From the NCBI GenBank assembly GCA_012295275.1, contig CM022669.1, positions 12,276,001-12,340,000 of the forward strand: a stretch of 64,000 nt of DNA, written 5' to 3'. Positions 49,887-63,351 of this stretch are shown here, one piece after another (position 1 is the stretch's first letter; each line of letters opens with the position of its first letter). A model generated the notes under the pieces. That model searched no databases, was not told the DNA's origin, and worked only from the letters and a program-made list of their open reading frames with translations. The translations under genes were made by a program, and so were the position numbers. The DNA is from Chrysomallon squamiferum (taxonomy: Eukaryota; Animalia; Mollusca).

Positions 49887-52778
49887 AATCTCTTAGTGTA
49901 GTGTGGGAGAATATTTATTTTTATATATATATATATAGCAGGTTTCGGTGGATTTTTTTTTTTTTTTTTTAAAAATTTATTTAATGTTTAATTAATTAAT
50001 TTTAAAACTATTATTTACACATCACAAATCCCCCAAAATTCTGAACTAAATCCACGGAAGTATTTTTTTTTTTTTTTTTATTTAAACTTTCCAGTGCTTT
50101 TCTGTTGTGTATTTTAAGATCCTACTTCAGCCTCTGTTTATCAGGATGACATGAATTTTATTATAAAGTCTCTGGTAGAAAATAAGGAAGAATGTTAAGA
50201 ATGCAGCTAGCTGTATAACATTATCTAAAGTTCAACTATTTTAGACTGTATTTTTATCAGAGTGTCAGCAGTGAAAAATTACGTGTATTTTTTTTGGAGT
50301 AAAAAAAAAATCATAAATAAAATGTTAAAAATGCACAACATTACGCATTAAACTTCTCTGCTTATCAACGCACGCACGCACGCAGTCACGGACACACATA
50401 ATTGTCATATGTGGATAATTACATACATACATAATAGCGTTATGTTTTTTATTTGTTTGTGTATGTTATATATTTATGTATGTGCATGTGTGTGTGTTAT
50501 ATATATGTATGTATTTATTTTGTATGTATATATCAAAAATATAAATAAACATGCACACAGAGATAATTTAAATAGGAGATAGAAACATGCATGTGAAACA
50601 CGTACACCCATCCATCCATATAAAACAATTTACCAATTCATATTTTAAACAACAGCTGTGTGTCATATAAAATATCCATACACGTAAATCAACTAAAAAT
50701 GCATGGAAATTATTTTTCTGTTGCAAATGCAACATCTGGAACGAGTACCTTGATCATTTATTTAATCCAATGATTCATTTTATTTTTGTATATTGCTATA
50801 GGCAAAGTAGCAGCTTTTCTTTCTTTACCAGTTAAAAATAGATGTTACTGAAGTTTAATTATGATGGTACTGAAACGTATATTGTATGCTCTGACATTGT
50901 TCTTTTATTTGCTATAGCTGACAATTCTTTTATAATAATAATAGATGACAATAAAAAGATGACTAAAGGCTTCCCTCTTCCATTTTTCCCTTTTTTAACG
51001 GTAATATCGTGTTGTTCTCCGAAATAAAAAGTAAACGATGAAAAACTGATTAAATTGTTTAAACGTTGAACTACCAATGCCGGATTTAGTCATAAACTAA
51101 ACAAGCTACAATTCAGAGCTTCACAATTAGCAGGGGGCTCAAGAAATAAATATGCCGAAAAAGTTCAGTATAAATATTTTGACACAGAAAACGTTTCTTT
51201 TTTAAATTTAAATTTATGTAAAAAAAAAAAATTTTATCAAAAGGTTTCCAAAATTTAGGTACATTAGGGATTCATAATGTCTAAACGCGACACTGCCGAA
51301 CAAGAACCTCTTGAATGATAACTTTTTTTTTATTCTTTTCTATTTATTTTTCATTCTGTTTGCTTGGACCAGCACATGCAATTAATGAAAAAAGGAAAAA
51401 AAGTATCGATATTGTGCAATCTCTTTAGCATTTCAGATTTGTGAATAAGACACGCATTACATTTATTCCTTTTTATGACTCTTAGTCAGGTAAGAAATGT
51501 AATGCATACTTCAAGGTTGGCAACGTTTACGATTGAAAGACATTATGCAGTTTTTTAAGTTATATTTCAAAATAATTCACAACAGCTTTCTTCATTTTTG
51601 TTAGGCATTATTACCGCTGAAGATTCACACACGTATGCACAAACATACAGACACGCCCGTACATGTAAGTCCATTACTCTTTGTGACTGTCATGTTTTAG
51701 CGACAATACTGTTTAAAACACATGTACCTTTACAATTAATACAACAACATCAATGAAGTACAATAGCAACAGAAATAATAAAGAAATTGTGTGGCTAAAT
51801 GAATAAACAGATTTCTTAATAGGCAAGACAAAACCAGCAAACTGTAAAAAGGAGGTCCATACCGCGCTATTATTTGTGCAGTTCGTAATAAATGTTAGCT
51901 GGATACGAAGGCTGAGTATGTACATACAAATGTCTAAAGCTTATCCAAGACAAAACATGTATAAAACATTACCTATGTATAATTCAAGATAAATAAAAAA
52001 GGACTTTGAACTAGAAATGTTAAACAAAACACACCCACATATACATTTATGCATTTTTATATATATATATTTTTTTATATTTCTGCCTGTTGAAATAGTT
52101 AACGAAATAGCCTTAGGGTTGAGTTACGTACAAGCTTCCTTGATACTTCGCCGCAGAAACTGTCACATTTATATACTCACTAATTATTTGTAATGCTAAT
52201 TTAAATGATCTTATAGGGGTTTGTTCAGACCGTCTTTACTTTTGTTTTCTTTTTACCGTTGACAGTATCATCCTAATCAAAAATATTATATATATATACA
52301 TACATAAACAGACACATACACACATACACAGTTTTGTGTGTTTGTTAGCGTGCTTCTTGCATTATGTGAGAGAGTGTATGGTTTTAATTACATATCATTA
52401 TTTCTACCTATTACGGTACATAACCCGTACGAATGCACCTTTTGTTTTACATTATCTTTGTCTACATTATGTGTGTATATAGGTTATCAGAGTTTAATTT
52501 CAAATCAGAAACTGGGTTAATGCCGGAATAATGGAAAGTTCAGTGACAGCGAAAAAGCTTTTCAGGTTTGCGCGGACCGGCCGAGTTCATGTCAACCTGA
52601 ATGCGATGTTAACAAGAGCAGCTAACACCGGCTGATCTTCATTAACCACCCAGGTTATTACGTGTCTTGTATCATGCAATTAAAATGCAACGTTTTTGTT
52701 CTTCTTTCCTCTGGTTCTGAATGCAGTATTACAAAATTTGTGAATTTGTGATTTAGGAGAAACGAAATCAGTATACAC

Positions 52779-52960
52779 ATTTAACAACGCCTCAGCAGTA
52801 TGTTGATATTAATAATGACTGATTGATTAGTTGTGTGACTTCTTCGTTTGCAGTATGCAGTGACAGAATGACAGATGACTGCACTGTCCGTCGTATGTAT
52901 CTGTCTCGTTGTGAAGCACTGGTTGGAACGAGTTATAGTAGTTCGTAGGGCGTCCCAGTA
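52779..52960 (-). mobile_element. Decayed SINE copy (same family as 53721-54030)
   Basis: TTTAACAACGCCTCAGCA and GTTGTGAAGCACTGGTTGGAACGAG..ATAG align in order with TTTTGACACCTCGGCG and GTGATGGAGCAATAGTTGGACAGGGAAATAG of the neighbouring copy. Confidence 0.5.
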
Positions 52961-53539
52961 AGAAAGATTATATCAAAATATATGCAAATATTGTGGATTA
53001 TAATAAATAAATAAATGAATAAATAAGTAATAGCTAGATAGACAGATGATAGATAGATAAATAACTTAATAAATAAATAAATAAGACGATGATAATAATA
53101 CAGTCAGTAGCTAAATTATACGTATCCAAATATAACAAACCCAAATTTGAAAACAGTATTTTCCAAAACATAATACATAATTTTTTTTAACTAAATCATA
53201 TATTAACTAATATGCTAGTTTAATAAAAAAAAAAAAAAAAAAAAAAGTCCTTATTCTCAGACCTACGTATGCCTAAACAGTGCAGCTGGTGCCTGGATGC
53301 GTTCTCAGAACCTAACAATTTTAATAGCAACCGCATAGCCATTTTGCCACCTTAATGACAAATTATGAATCCTATCTTGATGTTTTCTGCTCTAAGCAAA
53401 GCTATATTGCAACATGGAACCAGATCTCCCGTCGTTTTCATGAAAACTTTATTAGGTACGAGCACGAAAATAATTTGAACAAATCGGCAGACTCGATGAA
53501 ATTGAAGTAATTACCAACATCGATTATTGTTCTTCTTTC

Positions 53540-53570
<31 letters not shown>

Positions 53571-53720
53571 AATTTCGTAATCTGAATTCAATAATCACAG
53601 TGGCGTGACGATGTATTGAGCGTAACTACAATTACCGTATCAGCGGCAACTAAACTTTTCGGATATTAATAATTGCATAAATAATTCAAGACTTTAAAAT
53701 CACCGTGGAATAACGATAAA

Positions 53721-54030
53721 GGAATGAATGATCGAATGAATATTTGTTTTTGACACCTCGGCGCATTCTAGCGCTGACTGTTATTAGATGTCACTCGTAC
53801 AGTTCTACTATAACAACGAAATGAAACAGGAAATCCGAAGCCATTGCTTATCGATTAGCAGTAATGGATATTTTTGCACGCACTTTTTCAGTAGCTAATA
53901 AAGAACATACCACAGCCTTTGATTAAATCTGTGATGGAGCAATAGTTGGACAGGGAAATAGCCTAACAAGCACAACAAAGGGGGAATTGATCATGTGATC
54001 TGCTACACCTCAGGCCGCCGCTCTAACCAC
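53721..54030 (-). mobile_element. Decayed tRNA-derived SINE
   Basis: Minus-strand head GTGGTTAGAGCG...GATCAATTCCC (A-box and B-box remnants), about 250 nt body, (ATTC)n tail at 53721-53741. The body resembles, from memory, an abundant gastropod SINE; not database-checked. Confidence 0.7.
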
Positions 54031-54715
54031 ATACCTTCCAGACGGTATCGAGATTTCGTAGAGCGTTTGAAGAAAACGAAGATTCCAGCTAATGTCTCTA
54101 AAGAGATAAAATTGATGACAGTTCTTTATGGAATCGATATTAGTTAATTTGGGACTTCTGGGCAACAGAACAGGTCATCTCCGTACAAGAAAACTGGTTC
54201 GTTTGAAACCCTTCAGCAAATGTTGTGAAACAGATCGAAATACCAAGTCCTTAGATATAAATGAGTAGAAGTAGAAAAGTCATTTCTTACCAGTTTTAAT
54301 GCTATTCTGTCTGTATATCTATTGGTCCACGTTTTTTTTTTTTTTTTCTTTCTTTATTTTTTTTTTTTATAACTGTACGTTTATGAAAATTAAAATATAT
54401 GTATACATTACATTTTATATAATGCTAAAAATTTTTTAAAAAAATCCTGTTGAAAGAAAATATGACATCCCAGATTTGTTCAACAACATCGCCATTTTGT
54501 CATCCACTGTTGGAAATAATAATGTTATTTTACAGGGGCTAACAAAGACAGTAATAATATAGATTGCTTTACCTGTTTTTTTTTTTTTTTTTTATTTCAC
54601 CGAGTTCTCAGCTACGTTGTTGCAAATATAATATTGATATATATTTTTATAATCTTCAAGAGTCTTAACTTTGAGAGAGAAAGTTATTGATAAACTTACA
54701 GAGAAAGAGCGAGCG

Positions 54716-54720
<5 letters not shown>

Positions 54721-54793
<73 letters not shown>
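54721..54793. repeat. (GA)n microsatellite flanking the MITE
   Basis: Direct reading. Confidence 0.95.
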
Positions 54794-54795
<2 letters not shown>

Positions 54796-54812
54796 TGTGT
54801 GAAATATATATA

Positions 54813-55492
54813 CAGTATACCCTCACCTATTCGCGGTTCCCCATTCGCGGCCCCGTATATTCGCGGGTTAGGCTCTTAACCCTATCGCATTGTATGCTGG
54901 TATACCAGGCGAGCGTCATAACGTCATAAAAACAAATGCTCGGTAAACCGCACAAACAATATCAAATTTTTTCAATTATTATTGCAATACAGTACGTATT
55001 TTTTTTATAAATGCATACACTGTATATACAGTGCATATTTTTTGTGACCGTGTATTAATAATGTTTTTAATTGCACTGTATTTATCTGTCTGTTTTGCCT
55101 TTAAATTTGTTCCACTTTCTGTCAATTCTAATACATATGTTGTACGCATAGAAAATGACTTTACGGTGCAGTAATACAGTATGGGTAACTTTGCTATGCG
55201 GTGTTACTGTCCTCCTGTACTTACGTTTCTTTCTGATTAAAATATTGTTTCAGTACAAAATTAAAATGTGTTTACATTATCATTACTACATTAGTGAAAT
55301 ACATAACTGCATGCAATATTACTTTATTACTGTATTAATGAGTAAGAGTGTCTTTAGAAAGTGTTTGGGAAGCATTTAGTACCGTATATAATCTCATAAT
55401 AGACGTTTTAAAACTGCATCCAATAATCGCGGTTTTTCGCTATTCGCGGTGGGGTAAAGAACGTAACCCCCGCGAATAGCGAGGGAATACTG
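54813..55492. mobile_element. Non-autonomous Tc1/mariner-superfamily element (pogo/Tigger-like MITE), 680 bp
   Basis: Left TIR CAGTATACCCTCACCTATTCGCGG; right TIR (reverse complement) CAGTATTCCCTCGCTATTCGCGG; TA on both sides (54811-54812, 55493-55494); subterminal (T)ATTCGCGG repeats; no transposase ORF. Confidence 0.9.
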
Positions 55493-55602
<110 letters not shown>

Positions 55603-56419
55603 AAACTGAGCAAACTGTTGTTGGAATAATTGAAATCATCATAAAAAACAACCTTTTTTTTTGAAATTGCAGTTTTAAAAAGTCAATAGCTATAAGTGTT
55701 GTATAATGTCAGAAAATAGAAATAGAAAAAATGTTAAGAACACTGAAAAAGAAACAAAGTTTGAAGAGAGTATCAGTACATAAAAATGATCAAGTATCAC
55801 TTGGGATTTTAGTCTGTTGATCAGGAACTGATCTGGGAATTATAGCATTAATTAAAGATTTTTGTTAGTTGTCATAGTAATTCAGTTTCGATTGATGTTT
55901 TGAAATTGTGCATTATAAATTAAAAAAAAAAAAAAAGAAAGAAAGAAAAGAAGAAAAAAAAAGAAAAAATAATAACAATAAAAAATAAAAAAAAAATAAA
56001 ATTGTGTTAGAAATTATAAAGAATAGCTCCAACTTTTTTTAATAATAACTTTGTTTCGGTGTATTGACGTGATCCATAAATTATATAGTGTGTATTGAAC
56101 TTTTTCATACATAACGCTTGAAAACCTATTTACCTTACCATGACGACAAATACAACCTCATTATCGATATGTTCACATGATATCTGTAATAGCTTTCTTT
56201 TCTTCTTCTTCTTTTTTTTTTCTCTTTCTTTTGTTTCTTATATTTTAAAATGAGCCAAGAACCCGTGTTGCGGTCGAACCTGAATGTTTGATGTAAAGAG
56301 TTATAAACGATTTATGATATAACTCGTTGAAGTGAAGTTCTGTATGTAATGAAAGAAACAACCATTTCACAGAATATCGTTCAATTTAGAACATGGAGAT
56401 AGTCAAGAAACACAAAAAA

Positions 56420-56940
56420 TAATTAACAACAGCAGCAACAACACCATCACCACCAACAAAACACAATAAAAAACAACAACAACAACAAAAAACAAACAAC
56501 AACAAATCTGTATTACAACTAGTACCGCTACTGTTATTATTATTACTATTATTACAACTACTACATCTACTCCTCCTCCTCCTCCTACTACTACATCAAC
56601 CACTAAATTAAATGTGTATTTATTAGTGTTGAAATATATAACAATTCCGACATTTTAATCGTTTTAAACTGTACTACAACTACTACTGCAATAACCACTG
56701 TTTCTACTACTATTACTACTATTACTGCTACTACTACTACTACTACTACTGCTTCGACAACTACTACTAAAATGACCACTGCTTCTATTACTACTACTAT
56801 TATTACTACTACTGCTATTACTGATACTACTACTACTACTATTACTACTATTATTGCTACTACTACTACTACTACTAGGTCTACTAGTACGACTGCAACT
56901 ACAACTGCTACAACTAATACTAGTACACTCAGTACTATTA
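56420..56940. repeat. Compound CAA/CTA/TTA triplet low-complexity tract
   Basis: Direct reading. Confidence 0.85.
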
Positions 56941-59159
56941 TTTAATCAACCACATTAAATGTGCAATTTAGCTGAGTTGAAATAATTTGGCTTGAGTTTT
57001 TTTTAAGCAACTTGCTTTAATCAGGTCACTGAAAGTTACCTTAGCAAATCGTCCAGATCCCTATGCTGTGCCAAGGAATACGTACTTAAACTTTATTTAT
57101 ATAAAATGTTTATTTCCGATCTAATCGCATGACCTTAACCACTCAGTAAACATGCGCTTAATACTTCAAGGCAATATCACTTTGATGTGAAATAGTACTA
57201 GAGGATAGTAATTATAAATAAATAAATAAACAGAATAAAAATTAATCAAAAAAAAAAAAAAAAAAAAAATGTTTTAAATAGGTAGGTAGGATGATAGAGA
57301 GGTAGATCGATATAAATCTGTATGTATATATCGATACAAAGAGACGAAGATAATAAAGATAATAACGATAACAACGATAATGATAATAATAATAAAGGTA
57401 AATCGAAAATTTAGAACAGTAATATATCATGTTGCATAAATATTTTGATACTTCAACTGCACGAACATTAATTTTACGTGCCAATATATATATATATATA
57501 TATATATTGTATTATATCACAGTCAGTTATGATATAGCAAGACGTATTTTAAATCTAATTATTATAAACTTCAGCCGACAAACATCAATAATTCCATGTC
57601 CTCATCCAGGGAGGGTGCCGTCACATACGAACAATCATTGAGAGACCCGCACAAACGGCAAGTTACCAGCACACTTCCTGGTCTTATTGAAGTATTACAC
57701 TGCAGCAGACGTTTTGTGAAATGCTGCACAAGCTACTTGCTTAATGCTGCGAAAAACGCTCGACAGCTTTGTTCGTCTGCCATTTAGTACGCGCGTTATT
57801 TGTTTCTTTTTCGTCTGCTTCGAATGACGTACGCCGACTTTCTCTTCTAGATTTTTAGCTTTGTAATTGTTCATCCAAGAAGAACAGGTTCGTACAATTT
57901 TACTTCGTCTTCTTTTAATGTTGATTTTGTTATTTTTAATAAGCTTTCTGCCTGTCTGGTCTTGAAGCATAAAAATATTTCTTTTCAGATGGTAGTATTT
58001 AAACGAGCAGTTTGCAGTTATTTATAGAATGAACGATGCACATCTTGAGCGGCGAGTAAAAACGAACTGTTCAGTTGAGTTCGTGCTGTTAAAACGGAAT
58101 CATTGATATTTGTAGGTTGTCACGTTGCAAGCTAGCTGTGTCATTAACGTGTACAACAATACTTAAGCGCTGTTTTCAACGAACTTAGAACCAGATTTGA
58201 AATTTTATCAACAAATAGTTAAGTGTAATGGGTATTTAATAATTACAATGGTATCAGTAACGGGAAAATTGTGATTAAAACGACATGTATACTGCTAGTT
58301 TCTACTACTACTACTACTACTAGTAGTAGTAGTAGTAGTGGTAGTAGTAATATGTAAATGTAGAGGTATACCAGAGTTAATAAACTCTTCACTAACCTTA
58401 GTAAACGTAAAATTGTACACTAAAAAACCTTAATAAATGCTTTAAACTGTACTTGAGATTTGTGCAAAATTATAATAAATACCGTAAAAATTGTACAGAC
58501 AAAGAAAAAAAAAAAAATTAACCTGTGCGTCCATGTTGGTTGCATTTTCCGGTTACAGGACTGTCTACCAACAAAACGTTGATAGGAATGTAATATAATA
58601 AAAATAGTCAAGTGGTTAAATAAAAATAAAAATAAGAATAAAATGAAATATACAAGTAGTAATAAATTGTAGTAAAAGAATTTTCCAGAGTATTGGTATC
58701 ATGCAATTCTGGCTTTTTTTTTTTTTTTTAAATATACTGTACTCTTCTTTTCAATTTTTTTTTTTTTCATTATCTTATTTAAATATTCATCAAAAGTAAA
58801 ACTCGAATGAACAGTTATCATTTTACAATATTCGGAATTAACAACTGATTTTAATGTCTTCAGCGTTGATATCAGTAAGCAAAGTGGTAATCGGATTATG
58901 CTATTTAGAAAAGACGGTTGACATATTAAATGCTAACTAAGAGAAAATGAAAAATATGTAACCAAAGTCAGTGGTTTTCATGGAAACGGCAGTTAGAAAA
59001 GATTGTAGCTTAAGGTGTAGTCATGGTAATAGCTTTCTGAAGACGTATGTGCTAATCATTTTATATTATCATGTCTGAAGTGAAATACATTTCAGTTTAC
59101 ATACAGATCTTTTCTTCCTATTTTATTTATATTTAATAATAATAATAATAATAATGATG

Positions 59160-59221
<62 letters not shown>

Positions 59222-59594
59222 TATTATTATAAAATAATACTAATCCTATTAAAAATACTAATGAATAATACTAAAACTGAAACTGCTAATTCTACCACTA
59301 CTTCTACTGCTACTATGAATAATAAAAAATAAAATAAAAAAATGATAATAATAATAATATTATTATTATAATAGAAACGTGCTGAAAGTATGATAAAAGT
59401 AATAAAGCAGATATAATACTGAAAATAAAGACATTTTGTGATCTTCCAAGAAAACAGTGTTCTATTTTGCCCAGTGTATATATTTAAAATATAAAAAAAG
59501 ATTGTGTCAATATTTATATTTGTCGGTTGTTCCTTGTATTTTTGGTATGTATATATGTGTTTGTGTAAATAAATATATATACATACAAGCACAC

Positions 59595-59819
59595 ACATAC
59601 ACACTTGTATATAGCCTATCATTATTCGGTAGAGTTTTGAACTTTTTGTTTTCAAACGTGTGTTTCCATGATGATTTACCTATTTAATCAAAACATAAAA
59701 CTATCGTGCATTTTACACAGCTCAGACAATGTTCACACATATATTACGGCCATGTGATCCAAGTTTGTTATTGTTTTAGTTATAAAGCTGCAGACAATTT
59801 TAATGAACGAAAGGTGTAA
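59595..59819 (+). repeat. Direct repeat copy 1 (about 230 bp; copy 2 at 63118-63351)
   Basis: Colinear TTTGTTTTCAAA..GTTTCCATGAT..CAAAACATAAAAC..TCGTGCATT..CTCAGACAATGTTCACA..ATGTGATCCAAG..TTGTTTTAGTTATAAAG. Confidence 0.9.
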
Positions 59820-60783
59820 TCTAACCTTTCATAATTGCGGTAAGACGTAGAGCCGTATCTGGCTGCAACTCTGATAAGCAGTAATTATCATGTTTGGAAT
59901 ATACAGTAATTAGTCGCTACATACAGGCATGAATCTTTGTCTCATTTGAAATAAAGAAATTGTCGTCTGGGAAAAAAAATAATCTGAAAATAGCATCATT
60001 ATAAGCTTTAACAGTTCACCATTTGATACCGTTTAACCTTTTGCTCTTCTCCACTCCATCTCGTTAATTATGCAAAAATATTTCAGTATCTCCAGTGTAT
60101 TAAAATGGAATGATATGTTATCGTATGCATCAGGTGAGGTCACTTCAGCTCAGAACATAATAACGAGGCCAATGATTCATTGCTACAGGTAACTTAATAT
60201 GATCGCATTCGGTCTCACCTCTTTGGTAGGTGAATGAGAACATGAAATGCGACAAGTCGCCCAGAGGTATGTCTGTTACGTTAAATTGTACATCAGGAAG
60301 TACAACACAACTTCTAGTGAGAACATGAAGTGTCGGTTGATAATGCTTAAAATTTACTACATGTTGTTCTTGTTCATATTTTTAGTTTTAATCAAGACTG
60401 AAATGTATTTTTGACATCGTTATGTGTAGTAAATAGAACCGAATTCCAAATGTGACACTACTAATGTAATATAATTGATCAGTTTTGCGGCACGCTGTAT
60501 TTTTCAAATACAAATTTTCTGCGATATTTCACAGCTTCAGCGAGTGATTTTAGTGAATAATATTAAAGGAAATGAAACTGACAGTAAAACTAATTGTCTG
60601 AATTATGTGTTAAAGTTACCATCTGTGGAATATTTTAAATATAATATTACAAGCATTCGTCAGCTTTTGTTTCTTTCAAGTTCAACTACGTATTCCACTG
60701 ATAAGAGGGCAAGTACGGCTTTGGGATGTGACGTCCTTTGACGTAGTACGGAGACAAATATTGTCTGCAGTATTACTGGTGTA

Positions 60784-61134
60784 TGACTTGTGACCTGGGG
60801 ACTTTTGTTTACAGTATAGCGAATTAAAGAAAACACAAGGTCAGTCTTATAGCGAGCGAGTTCGTGGCTAAGAAATCAGGATTGTTTGATAAATAGGTAG
60901 CTTCTCATCGGGTAGAGTTTCGTGAATATATAGAGTTTCGGGAATTGTTGATCATACAGGACGTTGAAGTAGTTACCAGTTAGCTTGCATATTCCACATT
61001 CTAGAGGATCTGGATATCAAAACAACTGAGGATTCAGGCATAGTTCACAAAGCTCAGGCGGTACAGGGTAGTTCGTTCTACGCAACAGAAGGAACTGAGG
61101 AATTGTGAACCAGCTTTTTCCAGGGAAAGTAAGT
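60784..61134 (+). promoter_or_regulatory. Candidate alternative promoter and non-coding exon
   Basis: DR1 TGACTTgTGACCT at 60784-60796, forkhead TGTTTAC at 60806, AGGTCA and Inr-like TCAGT at 60838-60845, consensus donor AAA|GTAAGT at 61129. Confidence 0.45.
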
Positions 61135-62110
61135 ATCGTGGAGGATCATCTAGTTGGAACAGTTGGTCAGGCAAGGACGGCATTTGCTGGGATGAGTAAG
61201 TGTAACTCTTTGTTATCAGCAATTGCAGGCACTGTTATAGGGACAACCATCTCATCGGTGACTGTTTTAAAAGAAAACGCGACATTTGCCCGAATGCGGC
61301 GGTTTTATTTCCTACTTCTAGAGGAGAGGAAATATCCCTTTTGAGGCGTGCCGTGTGTGTGTGTGTGCGTGACGGAAGAATGTTTTTATCTTCCGCCGGT
61401 GAAATATCACTTCTGTCATGACTGTTGATTCGGTCTGCCGAATCCACAAAAAAGCCACGAATTCCCCTGGGCAGGAGGGGTCTGGGTGGTCAGAGGCGTG
61501 TCGTGACAAGCGGGATTAATTACCGCCTCTGCAGCAATAGATAATGTTACTGGCTTTTGTTTCGCAGAATGCTCTGGCGTCTAGCGGCAAGGATCGAACC
61601 GCGTTAACGAATAAAAGATCGGAGTTTTTTTTTGTTGTTTTTTTTATTTGGGAAGAAATGTGGAACGGTTGCTGTCCTTTGTAAGAGTTCAGGCTGGACC
61701 TGGATAACTACTTATATATATATATATATATATAATTTACATATACACAGCTCTGTTCCAGAAATTTCACATCTTAATGCCCATTTGTTTTGATTAGCAA
61801 ATGGTACTGACGGTTTAACATCACACAGACTGCGGGAGACGTCGATAAACACCCACAACTGAATGATTAACATTTAACGGCCTTTCTTTTTTTTTTTCTT
61901 TTTTCTTGTAAACATATAATTCGTATATCCACACACATTATTCGTTAAATTAAGCACGTATGTTTTTATGATTAAACATCGAAATACCTATACTGTATTA
62001 TTTCTGTGTATATTAACGATGGAGACAGTAGCTGTAAACAAGTTTTTTTACGAAGTAGAAAGAACAACAACAACAAAAACAACAACAACAACAACAACAA
62101 CAACACACGA

Positions 62111-62159
<49 letters not shown>

Positions 62160-62518
62160 AATAATAATAAAAAATAAGTTAATTCAGTATAAATTTTTAT
62201 AACATTACGGCCCAAGATGACGAATTTAGCTGTGTCAATAAATAGATGGTTTACAGTAAGTGCTTCTTGTGCTGTAGAGCAATGACCATGTCTTTTCATA
62301 CGAAAGGTCAGTGGGATGTGAAAATACAAAGCTGAGCTAGTAATTTGTTCTGTCAGCCTTACAGTTTACAAAGGCTGTCGTACAAATACAGCAACAAGAT
62401 AATTAAAATGAAATACGGAAAACGTGTTATATGAAAAACTAAATTGAAAAATTGATCATAATGAAGTGGATGGTCATGCTGTTAGATGATAACGATGGTG
62501 CTGATGATGATGACGATG

Positions 62519-62652
<134 letters not shown>

Positions 62653-62689
62653 GTCATTTTATTTCCACACTATTTATTTGTTTATTTAT

Positions 62690-62742
<53 letters not shown>

Positions 62743-62920
62743 TCACTATATTAGTTCAAAGAAAGTTGCCGTTCTAATTTCTATGTCTTACTTTAACTGT
62801 GTTCAACTCGTGTTCTTTAGGGTTTCAACTCGGGACAGATGTCGGAGTGTACGGAAAGCTTTATCATTTTTCTTTTCTAATCTCAGCGTAGCAGATGTCC
62901 TATTAATGTAGAAGCAGGAA

Positions 62921-62960
<40 letters not shown>

Positions 62961-63117
62961 TACATTTAAACGAAACAAAAACAAAAAATATGAAAAAGTG
63001 GAGGTTAGAAGATAAAACGTTTTAAATTCCGTTTTCATTTTATTTTATTTTATTTTGGTGTAACTAAATACAAAAGCATACATGCGTGCATATATACAGG
63101 TATACAAATACTCACAA

Positions 63118-63351
63118 ACATACACACTTATACTATCATTTTTCAGCAGTTTTTTAAACTCTTTGTTTTCAAATGTTTGTTTCCATGATCATTTCTCTAT
63201 TTAAACAAAACATAAAACCGTCGTGCATTGTACACACCTCAGACAATGTTCACATACATTACGGTTATGTGATCCAAGCTTTTTTTTTTTTTTTTTTTTT
63301 AAATTGTTTTAGTTATAAAGTTACAGATTATTTAAATGAAGAAAAGTGTAA
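63118..63351 (+). repeat. Direct repeat copy 2 (copy 1 at 59595-59819)
   Basis: Same colinear blocks as copy 1, with an expanded T-run. Confidence 0.9.

Noticed and set aside
60968-61108. Protein-looking frame EDLDIKTTEDSGIVHKAQAVQGSSFYATEGTEEL
   Set aside because: No ATG, stops before the 61129 donor, and no recognisable homology.
61575-61588. CTCF-like motif (reverse complement GCCGCTAGACGCCA)
   Set aside because: Mismatches in the conserved GG core; too weak to call.
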